64,000 bases of DNA from Verrucomicrobiia bacterium (GCA_963664225.1 OY760937.1:4416001-4480000), one strand, 5' to 3'. Shown: positions 39,419 through 51,600, counted from the first letter of the stretch. Program-made: numbers and translations. Notes: generated by a model from the letters alone, not told the origin.

Positions 39419-40476
39419 TGCGCACAAATTTCTTTCATACGGTGAATTCCTGTCTGGGACGCCTGGCCTGCATCGCTGGCGTGGCACTTGCCCTAGGGCT
39501 GGTGACATCGCAGCCCGCCCAGGCGGAAACCAAAGTCCGGCTGGCCACGCTTGCGCCCAAGGACACCTCCTACCATAAGAGCCTCCAGATGATGGGGGAC
39601 AAGTGGCGCCAGGCGTCCGGCGGAGCCGTCACGATGACGATTTACACCGACGGCACAATGGGGGGCGAGGCGGACATGGTTCGCCGCATGCGCGTGGGGC
39701 AGATCCAGGCGGCCATGCTCACGGTCAACGGGCTGATGCAGATCGACTCATCGGTCAGCAGCTTCCAAAACCTCCCGATGATGTTTCATGACATGGACGA
39801 AGCGGATTACGTTCGCGGGAAGCTGCAAGCCGGCATTGAGAAAAAGTTTTTCGATAAAGGTTTTGTGGTGCTCTTTTGGGGCGATGCGGGATGGATCAGT
39901 TTCTTTACGAGAAAAGAGGCCATTCGTCCGGAAGATTTTAAGAACCTGAAGATGTTCGTGGGGTCGGGAGACACCCCCACGGCGGACATCATCAAGGGTT
40001 TGGGGATCACTCCGGTGCCGCTGGAGCAGACGGATATTCTCACCGGCCTGCAAACCGGGCTCATCGACACCGTGCCGACCGTTCCATTTTACGCATTGGC
40101 GGGCCAGTTTTATCTGCCGGCCAGCCACATGGTCGAGGTGAAATGGGCTCCCCTGATTGGCGGCACCGTGATCACGAAAAAGGCGTGGGAATCCATTCCG
40201 GCCAATCAGCGCGAGGAGTTCAAGAAGGCGGCTGCGGAAGCCGGCGCGCAGATCAAGAACAGCAGCCGCATCGAGGAAGCCGAGTCCATCGCGGCGATGA
40301 AAAAACGGGGTTTGACGGTGCATCCCCTGACGCCCGAGGTGGCGGTGGAATGGCAGAACCTGGCCGAAAAGGTGTATCCGATGATCCGGGGCAAAATCGT
40401 GCCTGCCGACCTGTTCGATGAGGTGCAAAGCCTGCTCAAGGATTACCGCGCGGCGCATCCCGTGGCCAAAAAGTAA
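39418..40476 (+). CDS. dctP: TRAP transporter substrate-binding protein (DctP/TatP)
   Basis: Signal peptide; LATLAP, G.MGGEADMV, LQTGLID. Confidence 0.88.
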   Translation: MRTNFFHTVNSCLGRLACIAGVALALGLVTSQPAQAETKVRLATLAPKDTSYHKSLQMMGDKWRQASGGAVTMTIYTDGTMGGEADMVRRMRVGQIQAAMLTVNGLMQIDSSVSSFQNLPMMFHDMDEADYVRGKLQAGIEKKFFDKGFVVLFWGDAGWISFFTRKEAIRPEDFKNLKMFVGSGDTPTADIIKGLGITPVPLEQTDILTGLQTGLIDTVPTVPFYALAGQFYLPASHMVEVKWAPLIGGTVITKKAWESIPANQREEFKKAAAEAGAQIKNSSRIEEAESIAAMKKRGLTVHPLTPEVAVEWQNLAEKVYPMIRGKIVPADLFDEVQSLLKDYRAAHPVAKK

Positions 40477-40878
40477 ACGACCGTAAACCGCAGCCTGGCC
40501 TGGATGCGGCCGGTGTTCCGTTTGTGAGGTCCGAACGCCTGGGCCGCGCAATCCATTCACGCGCCCTGAATGTTTTTGCTCACGCCCATTTGTTTCTCCT
40601 GCTGGCGGGTTGCCTGATGGACATTTTCTTCGCCATCGTGCGGGGACGTCCGGATAACCCGCAGAGGAGGCTGCCCGCGATACTAAAGGTGCTCCGGGTG
40701 GTGCATACCCGGCCTACAATGTGAAACTCGAACGACGCGCAGGGGTGCGCCCACAGTGTGGTTGGTTTTACGAAAGCGCACGGTCGGTTCATTCGGTTGG
40801 GTGAATCTCCAATGGCGTTTTAAGCCGTTTCCGCGAACTGGAGAAATTTGTGCGGCGCTCTGGGAATTTGAGACGGTT

Positions 40879-40925
40879 TGCGGATTGGAAATCCGCGATA
40901 CGGCAGCAACGGTGTCTGCGCTACG
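40879..40925 (+). repeat. REP-like palindromic element, second copy
   Basis: 28-bp identity to 32182-32209; GCGGATT-gga-AATCCGC hairpin. Confidence 0.8.
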
Positions 40926-41232
40926 GATCGGCCCGGATCGGCGGGCAGATGAGTGGCGCGAACTGAGTGGTTCATTGGCACCAGTAACAGCCTCGAGCCT
41001 GTTGGCTTTTGCGCAGGGGGTCGCCTTCGGCATTGTCCCCGTCATTCCGGTTGTTGTGCGCAAAAACCCTTGCTCCCGTCCATGAGACGGGGCAGGCTGG
41101 ATTCATGGCACCACTGAGAAACCGTTGTTTCATTGACCGCCCCGCCTTGGTCATCCTGCGCGGCCCAATAAACACCTTCCCATTCGCAGGATGCCTTTGT
41201 CCTTTCCGCAGGTTTCAAAACGATCGACGCGT

Positions 41233-42432
41233 ATGAAAAACTATTTTAAGACCTTTCCAAACCCGGCCGGCTTCTTTGGGGAATATGGCGGACGCTTCAT
41301 CCCCGAGGTGCTCGAAGTGGAGATGGAGAAGATCACCAACGCTTATTATTCCATCAGCAAATCGCATGAGTTCATTTCGGAATTGCGCAGCATCCGAAAG
41401 CACTTCCAGGGCAGGCCCACGCCGGTCTTCTTCTGCCGCAATTTATCCAACAAATACGGCGGGCGCATTTACCTCAAACGCGAGGACCTGAACCACACCG
41501 GCGCGCACAAGCTCAATCACTGCATGGGAGAGGCGCTGCTGGCCAAATACCTGGGCAAAAAGAAGCTCATCGCGGAAACCGGCGCGGGCCAGCATGGCGT
41601 GGCGTTGGCAACCGCCGCCGCCTATTTCGGCCTCAAATGCGAAATCCACATGGGCGAGGTGGATATCATCAAGGAACATCCCAACGTCATTCGGATGAAA
41701 ATATTGGGCGCAACAGTGGTTCCCGTGTCCCACGGTCTTAAGACCTTGAAGGAGGCCGTGGACTCCGCCTTCGGCGCCTATTTGCAGGATCCGGTCAACA
41801 GCATTTACTGCATCGGTTCCGTGGTGGGCCCGCATCCATTCCCGATGATGGTCCGGGACTTTCAACGCGTCGTCGGCATTGAAGCCAAAGAGCAGTTTCA
41901 GGAAATGACCGGCGAACTGCCCGATAATGTTGTGGCCTGCGTGGGCGGCGGCAGTAATGCAGCCGGGATATTCTCGGCGTTCATCGAAGACGAGGAGTGC
42001 GCGTTGTATGGAGTCGAGCCAGGCGGCCGCTCCATGAATCTGGGCGATCACGCGGCGACCATGTCGAAGGGCACGCCCGGCATCATCCACGGATTTAAAT
42101 GCTACACCTTGCAGGACGCCAAGGGCGAACCGGCCCCGGTCTATTCAGTCGCCAGCGGCCTCGATTACCCGGGCGTGGGTCCCGAACATTCCATGTGGAA
42201 GGACACCGGACGCGTCAACTATGTGGTTGCGAACGACAAGGAATCCATCGACGCCTTTTATGAACTGAGCCGCAGGGAGGGCATCATTCCCGCGCTCGAA
42301 AGCGCTCATGCCGTCGCTTACGCGTTTAAACTCGCGGCCAAAAATCCACGCCAGTCCATCCTCGTCAACCTGAGCGGTCGCGGGGATAAAGACATCGACT
42401 TCATTGTGGACCATTACGGCCTGCCCGAATAA
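41233..42432 (+). CDS. trpB: Tryptophan synthase beta chain (stand-alone)
   Basis: [49 protein letters not shown]. Confidence 0.95.
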   Translation: MKNYFKTFPNPAGFFGEYGGRFIPEVLEVEMEKITNAYYSISKSHEFISELRSIRKHFQGRPTPVFFCRNLSNKYGGRIYLKREDLNHTGAHKLNHCMGEALLAKYLGKKKLIAETGAGQHGVALATAAAYFGLKCEIHMGEVDIIKEHPNVIRMKILGATVVPVSHGLKTLKEAVDSAFGAYLQDPVNSIYCIGSVVGPHPFPMMVRDFQRVVGIEAKEQFQEMTGELPDNVVACVGGGSNAAGIFSAFIEDEECALYGVEPGGRSMNLGDHAATMSKGTPGIIHGFKCYTLQDAKGEPAPVYSVASGLDYPGVGPEHSMWKDTGRVNYVVANDKESIDAFYELSRREGIIPALESAHAVAYAFKLAAKNPRQSILVNLSGRGDKDIDFIVDHYGLPE

Positions 42433-42655
42433 TCGCGTTTACAGCGCGGTGTTCATGGTCCGAACGGCCATCGGATCTACACGGGAGCATTTGCGTTAAT
42501 AAACGACCGTTCGGGCCCTAAGACAAGGCCTTTGACGGCGGAATGTGTGGCGGATGTGTTGGTTCTTTTGTTGGTTTTTGTCGTGGATCATCCCCCATAT
42601 TTCACGATGTGGCAGGAAAACGGGCGGAAATCGACGAAGTGCAAAATACCCAATG

Positions 42656-42688
42656 AAAAAGGCCCTGAAACGAGTGTCTCAGGGCCTT
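42656..42688 (-). terminator. Rho-independent terminator of the tRNA gene
   Basis: AAGGCCCTGA...TCAGGGCCTT stem with A-tract on + (U-tract on -) directly after the tRNA CCA end. Confidence 0.8.
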
Positions 42689-42692
42689 AAAT

Positions 42693-42769
<77 letters not shown>

Positions 42770-43042
42770 ATTAAGCGCAATGGAGAGCCTACAGAGGCGG
42801 TGGGGTGAGTGCAAGTTGTTTCGCAATTATTTTGAGACTCTTTCTCAGACGATGCGCGCTGGATCGGTTTTTGTGAGGTAACATGTTGCGCTGGTGGTCT
42901 TCCGGTCCCTGACAGGTTGAAATTTACAGCCCGTTACGCCAAAAGTAGCTGTTACCCGAAAGTGGGCTGGTTCGTTGAAAGGAATCTTGCGATTCATAGG
43001 CAATAGAGCATGATGCGCGGCGAACCACGTGATGAATAAACC

Positions 43043-44464
43043 ATGATTTTCGATAACCGTAACGCAGGGATTCCGACCGCCCATCCCGTTTTTAACATGG
43101 GCTTTATTTGGGCCATTTCCCTAGCGGCGGCGCTGGGCGGACTGCTGTTTGGGTATGATTGGGTGGTGATCGGCGGGGCGAAGCCGTTTTTCGAGAGGTT
43201 CTTCGGTCTGACGGAGGCGTCGCAGAAGGGGTGGGCGAATAGTTGTGCGTTAGTGGGGTGTTTGCTGGGGGCGCTGATGGCGGGGGGATTGAGTGATCGG
43301 TACGGGCGGAAACGGCTGTTACTCTTTGCGGCGCTGTTGTTTGCGGGGACATCGATCGGCAACGGACTGGCCCAAAATTTCAATGTTTTCGTGTTTTGGC
43401 GAATTTTGGGCGGCGTGGCCATCGGTCTGGCCTCAAATCTGTCTCCGATGTATATCGCGGAGGTGGCTCCGGCGGGGATGCGGGGTCGGCTGGTGGCGGT
43501 GAACCAGCTCACGATTGTGATCGGGATTTTGCTGGCGCAGATCGTCAATTATTTCGTGGCGGAACGCCTGCCCGCAGGCGCCACGGAGGAGATGATCCGC
43601 AATTCCTGGAATTGCCGTGTGGGCTGGCGGTGGATGTTTGCGGCCACGGCGGTGCCGTCGCTGTTATTTTTGGTCAGTATGGCCTTCGCGCCGGAAAGCC
43701 CGCGCTGGCTGGTGCGCAAGGGGCGGGCGGAGCAGGCCCGGGGTATCCTGGCGCGGATTGGCGGGGCGGCTTATGCGGGGCAGGCGGTGCGGGAGATCGA
43801 GGCCACGCTGGCGCAGGAGTCGGGGCGCGTGAATTTCCGGGAGTTGCTGGACCCGAAGATGAAGAAGGTGCTGGTTCTGGGTGTGGCGCTGGCGGTGTTT
43901 CAGCAATGGTGCGGCATCAATGTGATTTTCAATTACGCGGAGGAGATCTTTGCAGCGGCCGGGTACAACATTTCGGACACGATGATGAACATCGCGTGGA
44001 CGGGTTCCGTGAACCTGGTGTTCACGTTTGTGGCGCTGGGGGTGGTGGACCGGGGTGGGCGACGGGTGCTGATGCTGTTCGGGAGCCTTGGGCTGGCGGT
44101 GATTTACTTCATCATGGGCTATTGCTACCAGTCCGGGGTGAAGGGGTTGCCCATGCTGCTGCTGGTGCTGGCTGCAATCGGCTGCTACGCGATGTCCCTG
44201 GCACCGGTGACCTGGGTGGTGATTTCGGAAATCTTCCCCAATCGCATTCGCGGGGCGGCAATGTCCGTGGCGGTCATGTCGCTCTGGATCGCATGTTTTG
44301 TTCTGACCTATACCTTTCCGCAGTTGAACCGGAGCGTGGGACCGGCGCTGACCTTCTGGATTTACGGGGCGATCTGCCTCTTCGGTTTTGTGTATATCAA
44401 GTATCGGCTGCCGGAGACCAAGGGCAAGACGCTTGAAGAGATCGAGAAGGACTTGGTGGACTGA
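43043..44464 (+). CDS. Sugar porter family MFS transporter (XylE/AraE-like)
   Basis: GGLLFGYD, DRYGRK, PMYIAE, PESPRWL, QQWCGIN, PETKGKTLEE. Confidence 0.95.
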   Translation: MIFDNRNAGIPTAHPVFNMGFIWAISLAAALGGLLFGYDWVVIGGAKPFFERFFGLTEASQKGWANSCALVGCLLGALMAGGLSDRYGRKRLLLFAALLFAGTSIGNGLAQNFNVFVFWRILGGVAIGLASNLSPMYIAEVAPAGMRGRLVAVNQLTIVIGILLAQIVNYFVAERLPAGATEEMIRNSWNCRVGWRWMFAATAVPSLLFLVSMAFAPESPRWLVRKGRAEQARGILARIGGAAYAGQAVREIEATLAQESGRVNFRELLDPKMKKVLVLGVALAVFQQWCGINVIFNYAEEIFAAAGYNISDTMMNIAWTGSVNLVFTFVALGVVDRGGRRVLMLFGSLGLAVIYFIMGYCYQSGVKGLPMLLLVLAAIGCYAMSLAPVTWVVISEIFPNRIRGAAMSVAVMSLWIACFVLTYTFPQLNRSVGPALTFWIYGAICLFGFVYIKYRLPETKGKTLEEIEKDLVD

Positions 44465-44479
44465 GGGCAGGGGGCAAAC

Positions 44480-44724
44480 CAGAGGTCAGAAGTCAGAGGT
44501 CAGAAGTCAGAGGTCAGAGGTCAGAGGTCAGAGGTCAGCTAAAAAACGTCCGTAGTCCCTGGTCCGTAGTCCTTGGTCGGGAAAAAGGCAAAGCGGGCGG
44601 AGGGCTGAGAGCTGAGAGCAAAGGGCGGAGGGCAAAAGACAGAGATCAGATGTCAAAGGTCAGAGGTCAGCTAAAAAACGTCCTTGGTCGGGTAAAGGCA
44701 AAGAGGGCGGAGGGCGGAGGGCGG
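44480..44724 (+). repeat. Heptamer tandem repeat cluster
   Basis: (CAGA[G/A]GT)x8 at 44480-44535, GTCCGTA/GTCC(C/T)TG units, GCGGAGG units, and a duplicated CAGAGGTCAGCTAAAAAACGTCC. Confidence 0.9.
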
Positions 44725-44805
44725 AAAAAAAGCGCGGTGTAGATCGGCGCAGTGACAGGACTGCGTAACGATTGCGGGGAGGTGGATGAACAACCAAAAC
44801 AGACC

Positions 44806-47800
44806 ATGATGAAAATGCGAATCAAACACTGGATGCTCGTCGCCGGGCTTTTGCTGGGCGTTTTAACGCAGGCACACAGCATGGAAAATTCACTGCCACT
44901 ATCGGGAACGTGGCGGTTCGAGATCGACCGGAAGGACGCCGGTGTGCAGGAGGAGTGGTTCCAGAGCAATCTGACGCAGCGGATTCGGCTGCCGGGCTCC
45001 ATGCCGGAGCAGAACTTCGGGGATGACATCAGGCTGGAGACGCCGTGGACCGGGCAGATTGTCGATCGCTCTTTTTTTACTTTGCCTGAATACGCGCCGT
45101 ATCGGCAGCCCGGCAAAATCAAAGTGCCGTTCTGGCTCCAGCCGGAGAAGTATTACGTGGGCGCGGCCTGGTATCAGCGCGACGTGGAGGTGCCGTCCAA
45201 GTGGCTCGGGAAGCGCGTGGTGCTTTCGCTGGAGCGTCCGCACTGGGAGACACGCGTCTGGCTGGATGACCGGGAGATTGGCGCCAACAACAGCCTCTCC
45301 ACCGCGCATGAATACGATCTGGGCACCAATGTGGCGCCGGGACGGCATCGGCTGAGCATCCGCGTGGATAACCGGATGGTGGTGGATGTGGGAATCAATT
45401 CCCACAGCGTGACGGACCACACGCAGGGCAATTGGAACGGGATCGTGGGGCGGTTGTTTCTGAATGCAACGGATCCCGTTTGGATTGACGATTTGCAGGC
45501 CTATCCACATGTGGAGGCGCACTCGGTGACTCTCAAGGGACGGATTGGCAACGCGACGAAGCAAGCGGGCAAGAGTCTGATGGAGGTTAAAGCGCGGCTG
45601 TTTAACAATAGTATAAAGACGCAACTACCTCCAAAAACCGTGGAGGTTACCTGGGACGCGGCGGGGGGTGCTTTCGAGGCCGAATATGACCTCGGGGAGA
45701 AGGCGGTGTGCTGGGACGAATTCCAGCCGGCGCTTTACCAGTTGACGGCGACATTGGCGGAATCCCAGGCCACGCGGTCAGTGGTGTTCGGGCTGCGAGA
45801 GATTGGGACACAGGGGACGCAGTTTGTGCTCAACGGGCATCCTATCTTCATCAGGGGAACGTTGGAGTGCTGCATTTTTCCAAAAACCGGGCATCCGCCC
45901 ACGGAGGTCGAGGCATGGAAACGCATTGTGCGCATCGCGAAGGCGCATGGGTTGAACAGCATCCGGTTTCATTCCTGGTGCCCACCGGAGGCGGCGTTTG
46001 AGGCGGCGGACGAACTGGGCTTTTATTACCAGGTGGAATGCGCGTCGTGGGCGAACACCACCACAAGCCTGGGCGAAGGCAAGCCGATCGATGCCTGGCT
46101 CTATGCGGAGACGGATCGGATACTCAAGGCGTATGGGAGCCATCCCTCGTTTCTGCTGATGCCCTATGGCAATGAACCGGCGGGAAAAGACAAGGAATAC
46201 CTTGGCGCCTGGGTGAACCACTATAAACAAATGGATTCGCGGCGTCTGTTTACGAGCGCCTCGGGGTGGCCGCAAATCCCGGAAAACCAGTTTCATGTCA
46301 CGCCGGACCCGCGCATTCAGTCGTGGGGCGGGGGATTGAACTCGCGGATCAACGCCCGGACGCCGGAAACCCGCACGGACTACCGGGAGTATATCAGCCA
46401 GCGCACCGTGCCCGTGATCAGTCACGAGATCGGCCAATGGTGTGTGTATCCGAACTTCGAGGAGATTCCGAAGTATTCAGGTTACTTGAAGGCGAAGAAT
46501 TTTGAGATCTTCCGGGACTCGCTCAAGGCGCATAAAATGGGCGATCAGGCCCATGCGTTTCTACTGGCCTCGGGCAAGTTGCAGACCCTGTGCTACAAGG
46601 AGGAGATCGAATCGGCGTTGCGCACCCCCGGCATGGGCGGTTTTCAACTGCTCGACCTGCATGATTTCCCGGGGCAGGGGACGGCGCTGGTGGGGGTGCT
46701 GGATCCGTTCTGGGATTACAAGGGGTATGTGACCGCGGCGGAATACAGCCGCTTCTGCAACAGCACCGTGCCGTTGGCGCGATTGGACAAGCGGGTCTTT
46801 ACTTCCGAAGAAACCTTGAAGGCGGACCTCGAGGTCGCCCATTTCGGGGCGCGTCCGAAGACCAATGCCACCGTGTATTGGAAACTTCTTGGTGACAACA
46901 GGCATGTCTATTTCAGTGGAAAGCTTTCCCCACAAACCATTCCGATCGGCAACGGACTGACCTTGGGGAATGTGGTTATCGACTTGAAAACCCTGCCCGC
47001 ACCGGCCCGATACAAACTGGTGGCTGGCGTGGAAGGGACGCGCTTTGAGAATGACTGGGACGTGTGGGTCTATCCGGCCACTATCGACGCACAACCGGCC
47101 CGGGATGTCCTTGTCACGGACACATTGAACGAAGAGGCGCTGGCGCAATTGAAGAGCGGAGGGAAGGTTTTGTTGACGGTCGGCGAAGGGCGTTTGCGCA
47201 ATGACGGCAAGGCCCGGGTGGCGCTCGGGTTTTCGAGCATCTTCTGGAACACGGCCTGGACCGCCCGTCAGGCCCCCACGACGCTGGGGATTCTGTGCGA
47301 TCCCAGGCATCCGGCGCTGGCTCAGTTTCCGACCGACAGCCACAGCAACTGGCAATGGTGGTATTTGATCCACCAGGCGCAACCGATCCTCATGGATGAG
47401 ATGCCTGCGAGCCTGAGGCCGGTGGTGCAGGTCGTTGACGACTGGGTGACCAACCATCGGCTGGGACTGGTTATCGAGGCCAAAGTCGAACACGGCAGCC
47501 TGGTGATGTGCGGCATTGATTTGAAGAAAAATGCGGACACTAATCCCGTGGCGCGTCAGATGTTGCACAGCCTGCTGGCCTACATGGGCGGCAGCCAATT
47601 CAAACCCCTGCACTCCCTGAGCGTGGAGCAGGTGCAGGGACTTTTCGCGGCGCCGTCGGCCATGCAAAAGCTAGGCGCGCACGTTCTCCGGGCCAGCAGC
47701 TTTGAAACGGGCTATGAGGCGACAAAGACCATCGATGGTGACCCTGCCACGTTCTGGCACACACGCTGGACCGGCCAGAAGTCGGGCTATCCGCACGAAT

Positions 47801-48081
47801 TGGTGCTCGAACTGGATCATCCCAGCCCATTAAAAGGGTTCACGCTGCTGCCGCGCCAGGATGGCAATCCAAACGGCGAGATCGAGAATTGCGCCTTGTA
47901 TGTGACTGACGATCCCGATCGTTGGGGGAACGCCGTGTTCCAAGGCACCTTATCCAAGGACGATTCCCTGAAGGAACTGCGCTTTAACCGCGTGGTCAAA
48001 GGCCGCTACGTCCGCCTGGAAATCTTCTCAAGCCATCAGGGCTTCGCCTCGCTGGCGGAATTGAACCTGGTGGAGGAATAG
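44806..48081 (+). CDS. Glycoside hydrolase family 2-like protein with C-terminal F5/8 type C (CBM32/discoidin) domain
   Basis: Signal peptide; LSGTWRF, YVGAAWYQR, FGLREI, NSIRFHSW, acid/base GNEP, SHEIG; IDGDPATFWHT...GRYVRL. Confidence 0.9.
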   Translation: MMKMRIKHWMLVAGLLLGVLTQAHSMENSLPLSGTWRFEIDRKDAGVQEEWFQSNLTQRIRLPGSMPEQNFGDDIRLETPWTGQIVDRSFFTLPEYAPYRQPGKIKVPFWLQPEKYYVGAAWYQRDVEVPSKWLGKRVVLSLERPHWETRVWLDDREIGANNSLSTAHEYDLGTNVAPGRHRLSIRVDNRMVVDVGINSHSVTDHTQGNWNGIVGRLFLNATDPVWIDDLQAYPHVEAHSVTLKGRIGNATKQAGKSLMEVKARLFNNSIKTQLPPKTVEVTWDAAGGAFEAEYDLGEKAVCWDEFQPALYQLTATLAESQATRSVVFGLREIGTQGTQFVLNGHPIFIRGTLECCIFPKTGHPPTEVEAWKRIVRIAKAHGLNSIRFHSWCPPEAAFEAADELGFYYQVECASWANTTTSLGEGKPIDAWLYAETDRILKAYGSHPSFLLMPYGNEPAGKDKEYLGAWVNHYKQMDSRRLFTSASGWPQIPENQFHVTPDPRIQSWGGGLNSRINARTPETRTDYREYISQRTVPVISHEIGQWCVYPNFEEIPKYSGYLKAKNFEIFRDSLKAHKMGDQAHAFLLASGKLQTLCYKEEIESALRTPGMGGFQLLDLHDFPGQGTALVGVLDPFWDYKGYVTAAEYSRFCNSTVPLARLDKRVFTSEETLKADLEVAHFGARPKTNATVYWKLLGDNRHVYFSGKLSPQTIPIGNGLTLGNVVIDLKTLPAPARYKLVAGVEGTRFENDWDVWVYPATIDAQPARDVLVTDTLNEEALAQLKSGGKVLLTVGEGRLRNDGKARVALGFSSIFWNTAWTARQAPTTLGILCDPRHPALAQFPTDSHSNWQWWYLIHQAQPILMDEMPASLRPVVQVVDDWVTNHRLGLVIEAKVEHGSLVMCGIDLKKNADTNPVARQMLHSLLAYMGGSQFKPLHSLSVEQVQGLFAAPSAMQKLGAHVLRASSFETGYEATKTIDGDPATFWHTRWTGQKSGYPHELVLELDHPSPLKGFTLLPRQDGNPNGEIENCALYVTDDPDRWGNAVFQGTLSKDDSLKELRFNRVVKGRYVRLEIFSSHQGFASLAELNLVEE

Positions 48082-48690
48082 GGGAAGCAGGCTGCAGGGA
48101 AAGGAAGGATTTAACCGCAAAGAGCGCATAGAACACAAAAATACTTGTGTAAACAGTAAAGAATGCAAACCGGTTAATCATCGAATTAAGAAAGTCCCTG
48201 GTCTTTGGTCGAGTGACAAAGGCCGGAGGACAGAGGGCGGGGGGCGGTCCCTGGTCAAAAAAAGAGGGCTGCGGGTCGAGGGGCGATTGTTGAGAATTGA
48301 GCCTGCCAAGCGGAGGAAATTCACGTGGATGGGCAGGATTGACAGGATGTGAATGGATCCTGTGAATGTGTTTCTCAATGTCAGGGGTTCGCCGAATCTG
48401 TGGACGCCGCCCGATAAAAATGAAAAAGCGGTGCTTCTTCACGGATCACCCAAACTGAACCTGTCCTGATAAGCCAACAGCAAAACATTCCTGGTTTGAA
48501 AACTACACGACAGGGAAACAGAATATGGTTGCCTTGTGACACTGGATGTGTTCTTTTCAAACAAACGACACGTGTAACAAAAGGTGTCGTTCCTATTCTT
48601 GCCGCTTGGAATACAGTCAATTGGGTTGTTCAGAACGTGAGGTGGGATTCACGGTAACTGCTTTGGAAAAAATATACTTTGGGAGTCTCC

Positions 48691-51600
48691 ATGAATAATA
48701 TGATGCGCCAATCTTCCCGGTTATTGTCGTCCACTCTTTTCGCCATGCTCACCCTGCTTCTGTGCCATGGGACCATGAACGCATCGGTACTCGGACTGAC
48801 CGACACCTCAACTAATCCCCCACCATCTGCCGTTCAGGCGCCAGAAGGCATGGTCGCGTGGTGGAAAGGGGAGAGTAATGTCGTGGATGTCATCGGCGGT
48901 CCCAGCGGATTTGTGACAAACGGCGCGGGATACGGGCCGGGAAAGGTGGGGACTGGCATAAGCTTCGACGGTGTGTATGGTCGTGTGTGTATTCCTGATT
49001 CTCCCGCCCTGCACTTTGGCTCCAATCAGAACTTTTCGGTGGAGGCCTGGATTCAAGCCCAATCTAATCCTGGAAATGACAATGGGATAACCGTCATCGT
49101 GGACAAGTCTGAGTCGCTCGGGCCCAACTGGATATTGGGATGGCAGCTTTATCTGGAAAACGGAAAGCTCGGTTTCAAAGTCATGCACGGGCCCACGGCG
49201 GAGCACCGTTATTGGACAACGTCAGCTCCCAATCTTTGCGATGGAGGGTTTCATCACGTCGCTGCCACATTGGATCGAAATTCGACCAACGGCGGCAAGC
49301 TCTATGTGGATGGGGCGCCGATCATGACCTTTGATCCGACTTTGGAACCAGGCAATCTTTCATCAACGGCCATACTGTTGTTTGGAAACGGCAGCGATCC
49401 AGAGATTCATGATTATTTTAAGGGCATCATTGACGAGGTTTCACTGTATAACCGGCCATTGACGGATGCAGAGATTCTGTCTGTTTACAGTGCCGGAGGC
49501 AGTGGCAAGTATCTCGCTCCGGTCGCACCTTTCATTTCGATGCAGCCTGCGGATCAGTCGGTGAAGGTGGGAGATGATGCCGTCTTCAGTGTTGCAGCCA
49601 GCGGCGGCATACCACTGACCTATCAGTGGAATATCAATGGAACCAACATTGCTGGAGCGACCAATAGTTCACTGGTTTTGCCCAATGTCCAACTCGCAGA
49701 CGCAGGGGTTTATACCGTTGTCATCAGTAATGACATCGGTTCGATCACCAGTTCCAATGCGGTGTTGACGGTCAGCACTCCGACACCAACAGCCGTTCAG
49801 CCGCCAGCGGGCATGGTTGCGTGGTGGAAGGGGGAGAACTATGTGGTGGACGCTTTCGGCCTGGCGACAGGGGGAGTGACAGAAGGGGCAGGTTTCACGA
49901 CCGGCAAGGTGGGGACCGGCTTCAGCCTCGATGGATTGACTGGCCAGGTGGTGATTCACAATGCTCCAACCTTGAATTTTGGTTCCAATCAGAACTTTTC
50001 GGTGGAGGCCTGGATTCAAGCCCAACCCAACCCAGCAAATGTGAGCGGGATTGCCGTCATTGCGGATAAGACGGCCACTTACATTCCTGCCAGTACCGTT
50101 GGATGGCAATTTTATCTGGATAACGGCCGACTGGGTTTTAAGTTGATGCAAGGACCCATGCCCCAGGAGAAACATTGGACCGCTTCAGGCCCTGATCTTC
50201 GGGATGGACAGTTTCACCATGTGGCCGCTGTGTTGGATCGAAAACTGGCAAACAGTGGCAAACTGTATGTCGATGGCAGCCCGTTATTGACCTTTGACGC
50301 GACTCAACTACCGGGCGATCTCTCCACGGAGGGATTGTTTTTGATCGGAAGCGGAAACATTCCTGGCGTTGGTGAGTATTTCAAAGGCGTTATTGACGAG
50401 GTTTCACTATATAACCGGGCTTTGACGGATGCAGACATTCTGTCTGTATATGGGGCCGGGAGTAATGGCAAAATATCAACTCCAATCCCTCCATTTATTT
50501 TGACACAACCTGTGGACCAGTCAGGGACCGTGGGGGGAGGTGCCTCCTTCCATGTCATGGCTGGCGGGGAATATCCATTAAGATTTCAGTGGAGTATTAA
50601 TGGTACCAATATCCCCGGTGCGAATGGCAGCCAACTTGTGTTAACCAACGTTCAACTCACCGACGCAGGCAGCTATGCCGTGGTCGTCACCAATGGCGTT
50701 GGTTCTGTTACCAGTTCCAATGCGGTGCTTTCATTCACTTTACCCTATCAAGTTCCGCCAGGCCTGATCGGTTGGTGGCGGGGCGAGAGTAATGTGTTGG
50801 ACGTTGTCACCCATACGAGCGGTTCTGCGGCCAATGGATTGGGCTATGGGCCTGCGGTGGTGGGGAGCGGTTTCAATCTCGACGGCATCAACGATCAGGT
50901 GATCGTTTCCAATGCTCCGGCGTTGAACTTCAGCCACAACCAGAACTTTTCCGTCGAGACCTGGATTCAAGCCCTGCCCACTCCTGGAAACCATTCCGGG
51001 GTTGCTGAAATCGTGTCCAAGGCTTTCACGCCCGACGGCAGTCAATCTGTGGGATGGTCGTTCATCATAAACCAAGGCAACCTTGGCTTGCTGATGTCCC
51101 AGACGCCCATGTTGCCTTACAATTCCTCCATATGGACCGCGCCCGGTCCCTATTTGCAGGATGGCTCGTTCCATCATGTGGGCGTCACCGTGGATCGCAC
51201 ATCCAGCACGGGCGGCAGATTATATGTGGATGGAGTGCGTGTTCTGACCTTTGATCCGACTCAGGAAGCTGGCGATCTTTCCACGTCCGGTCCCCTGTAT
51301 ATTGGATGCCATGACAATCCGGCGATGAATTGCAACTTCAAAGGTATTATTGACGAGCTCTCTATATACAGCCGGGCACTGACTGCCGAGGAAATCAACT
51401 CCATAGTTCTGGATGGCAACCATGGCAAGTTGGTGCCACCTTTTGCTCCCGTCATCACAGCACAACCTGCAAATCGAAATGCCGCGCAGGGAGTCAACGT
51501 GAGCATCGGTCTCGAAGTCGATGGAACCCCGCCGTTGACCTATCAGTGGACTTTTAACGGAACCAACATCGCGGGTGCGACGAATAATCCCATGGTGTTG

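Noticed and set aside
40524..41236. Short ORFs or trp attenuator between dctP and trpB
   Set aside because: No coherent protein features, no Trp-rich leader with terminator, and the region contains a REP copy
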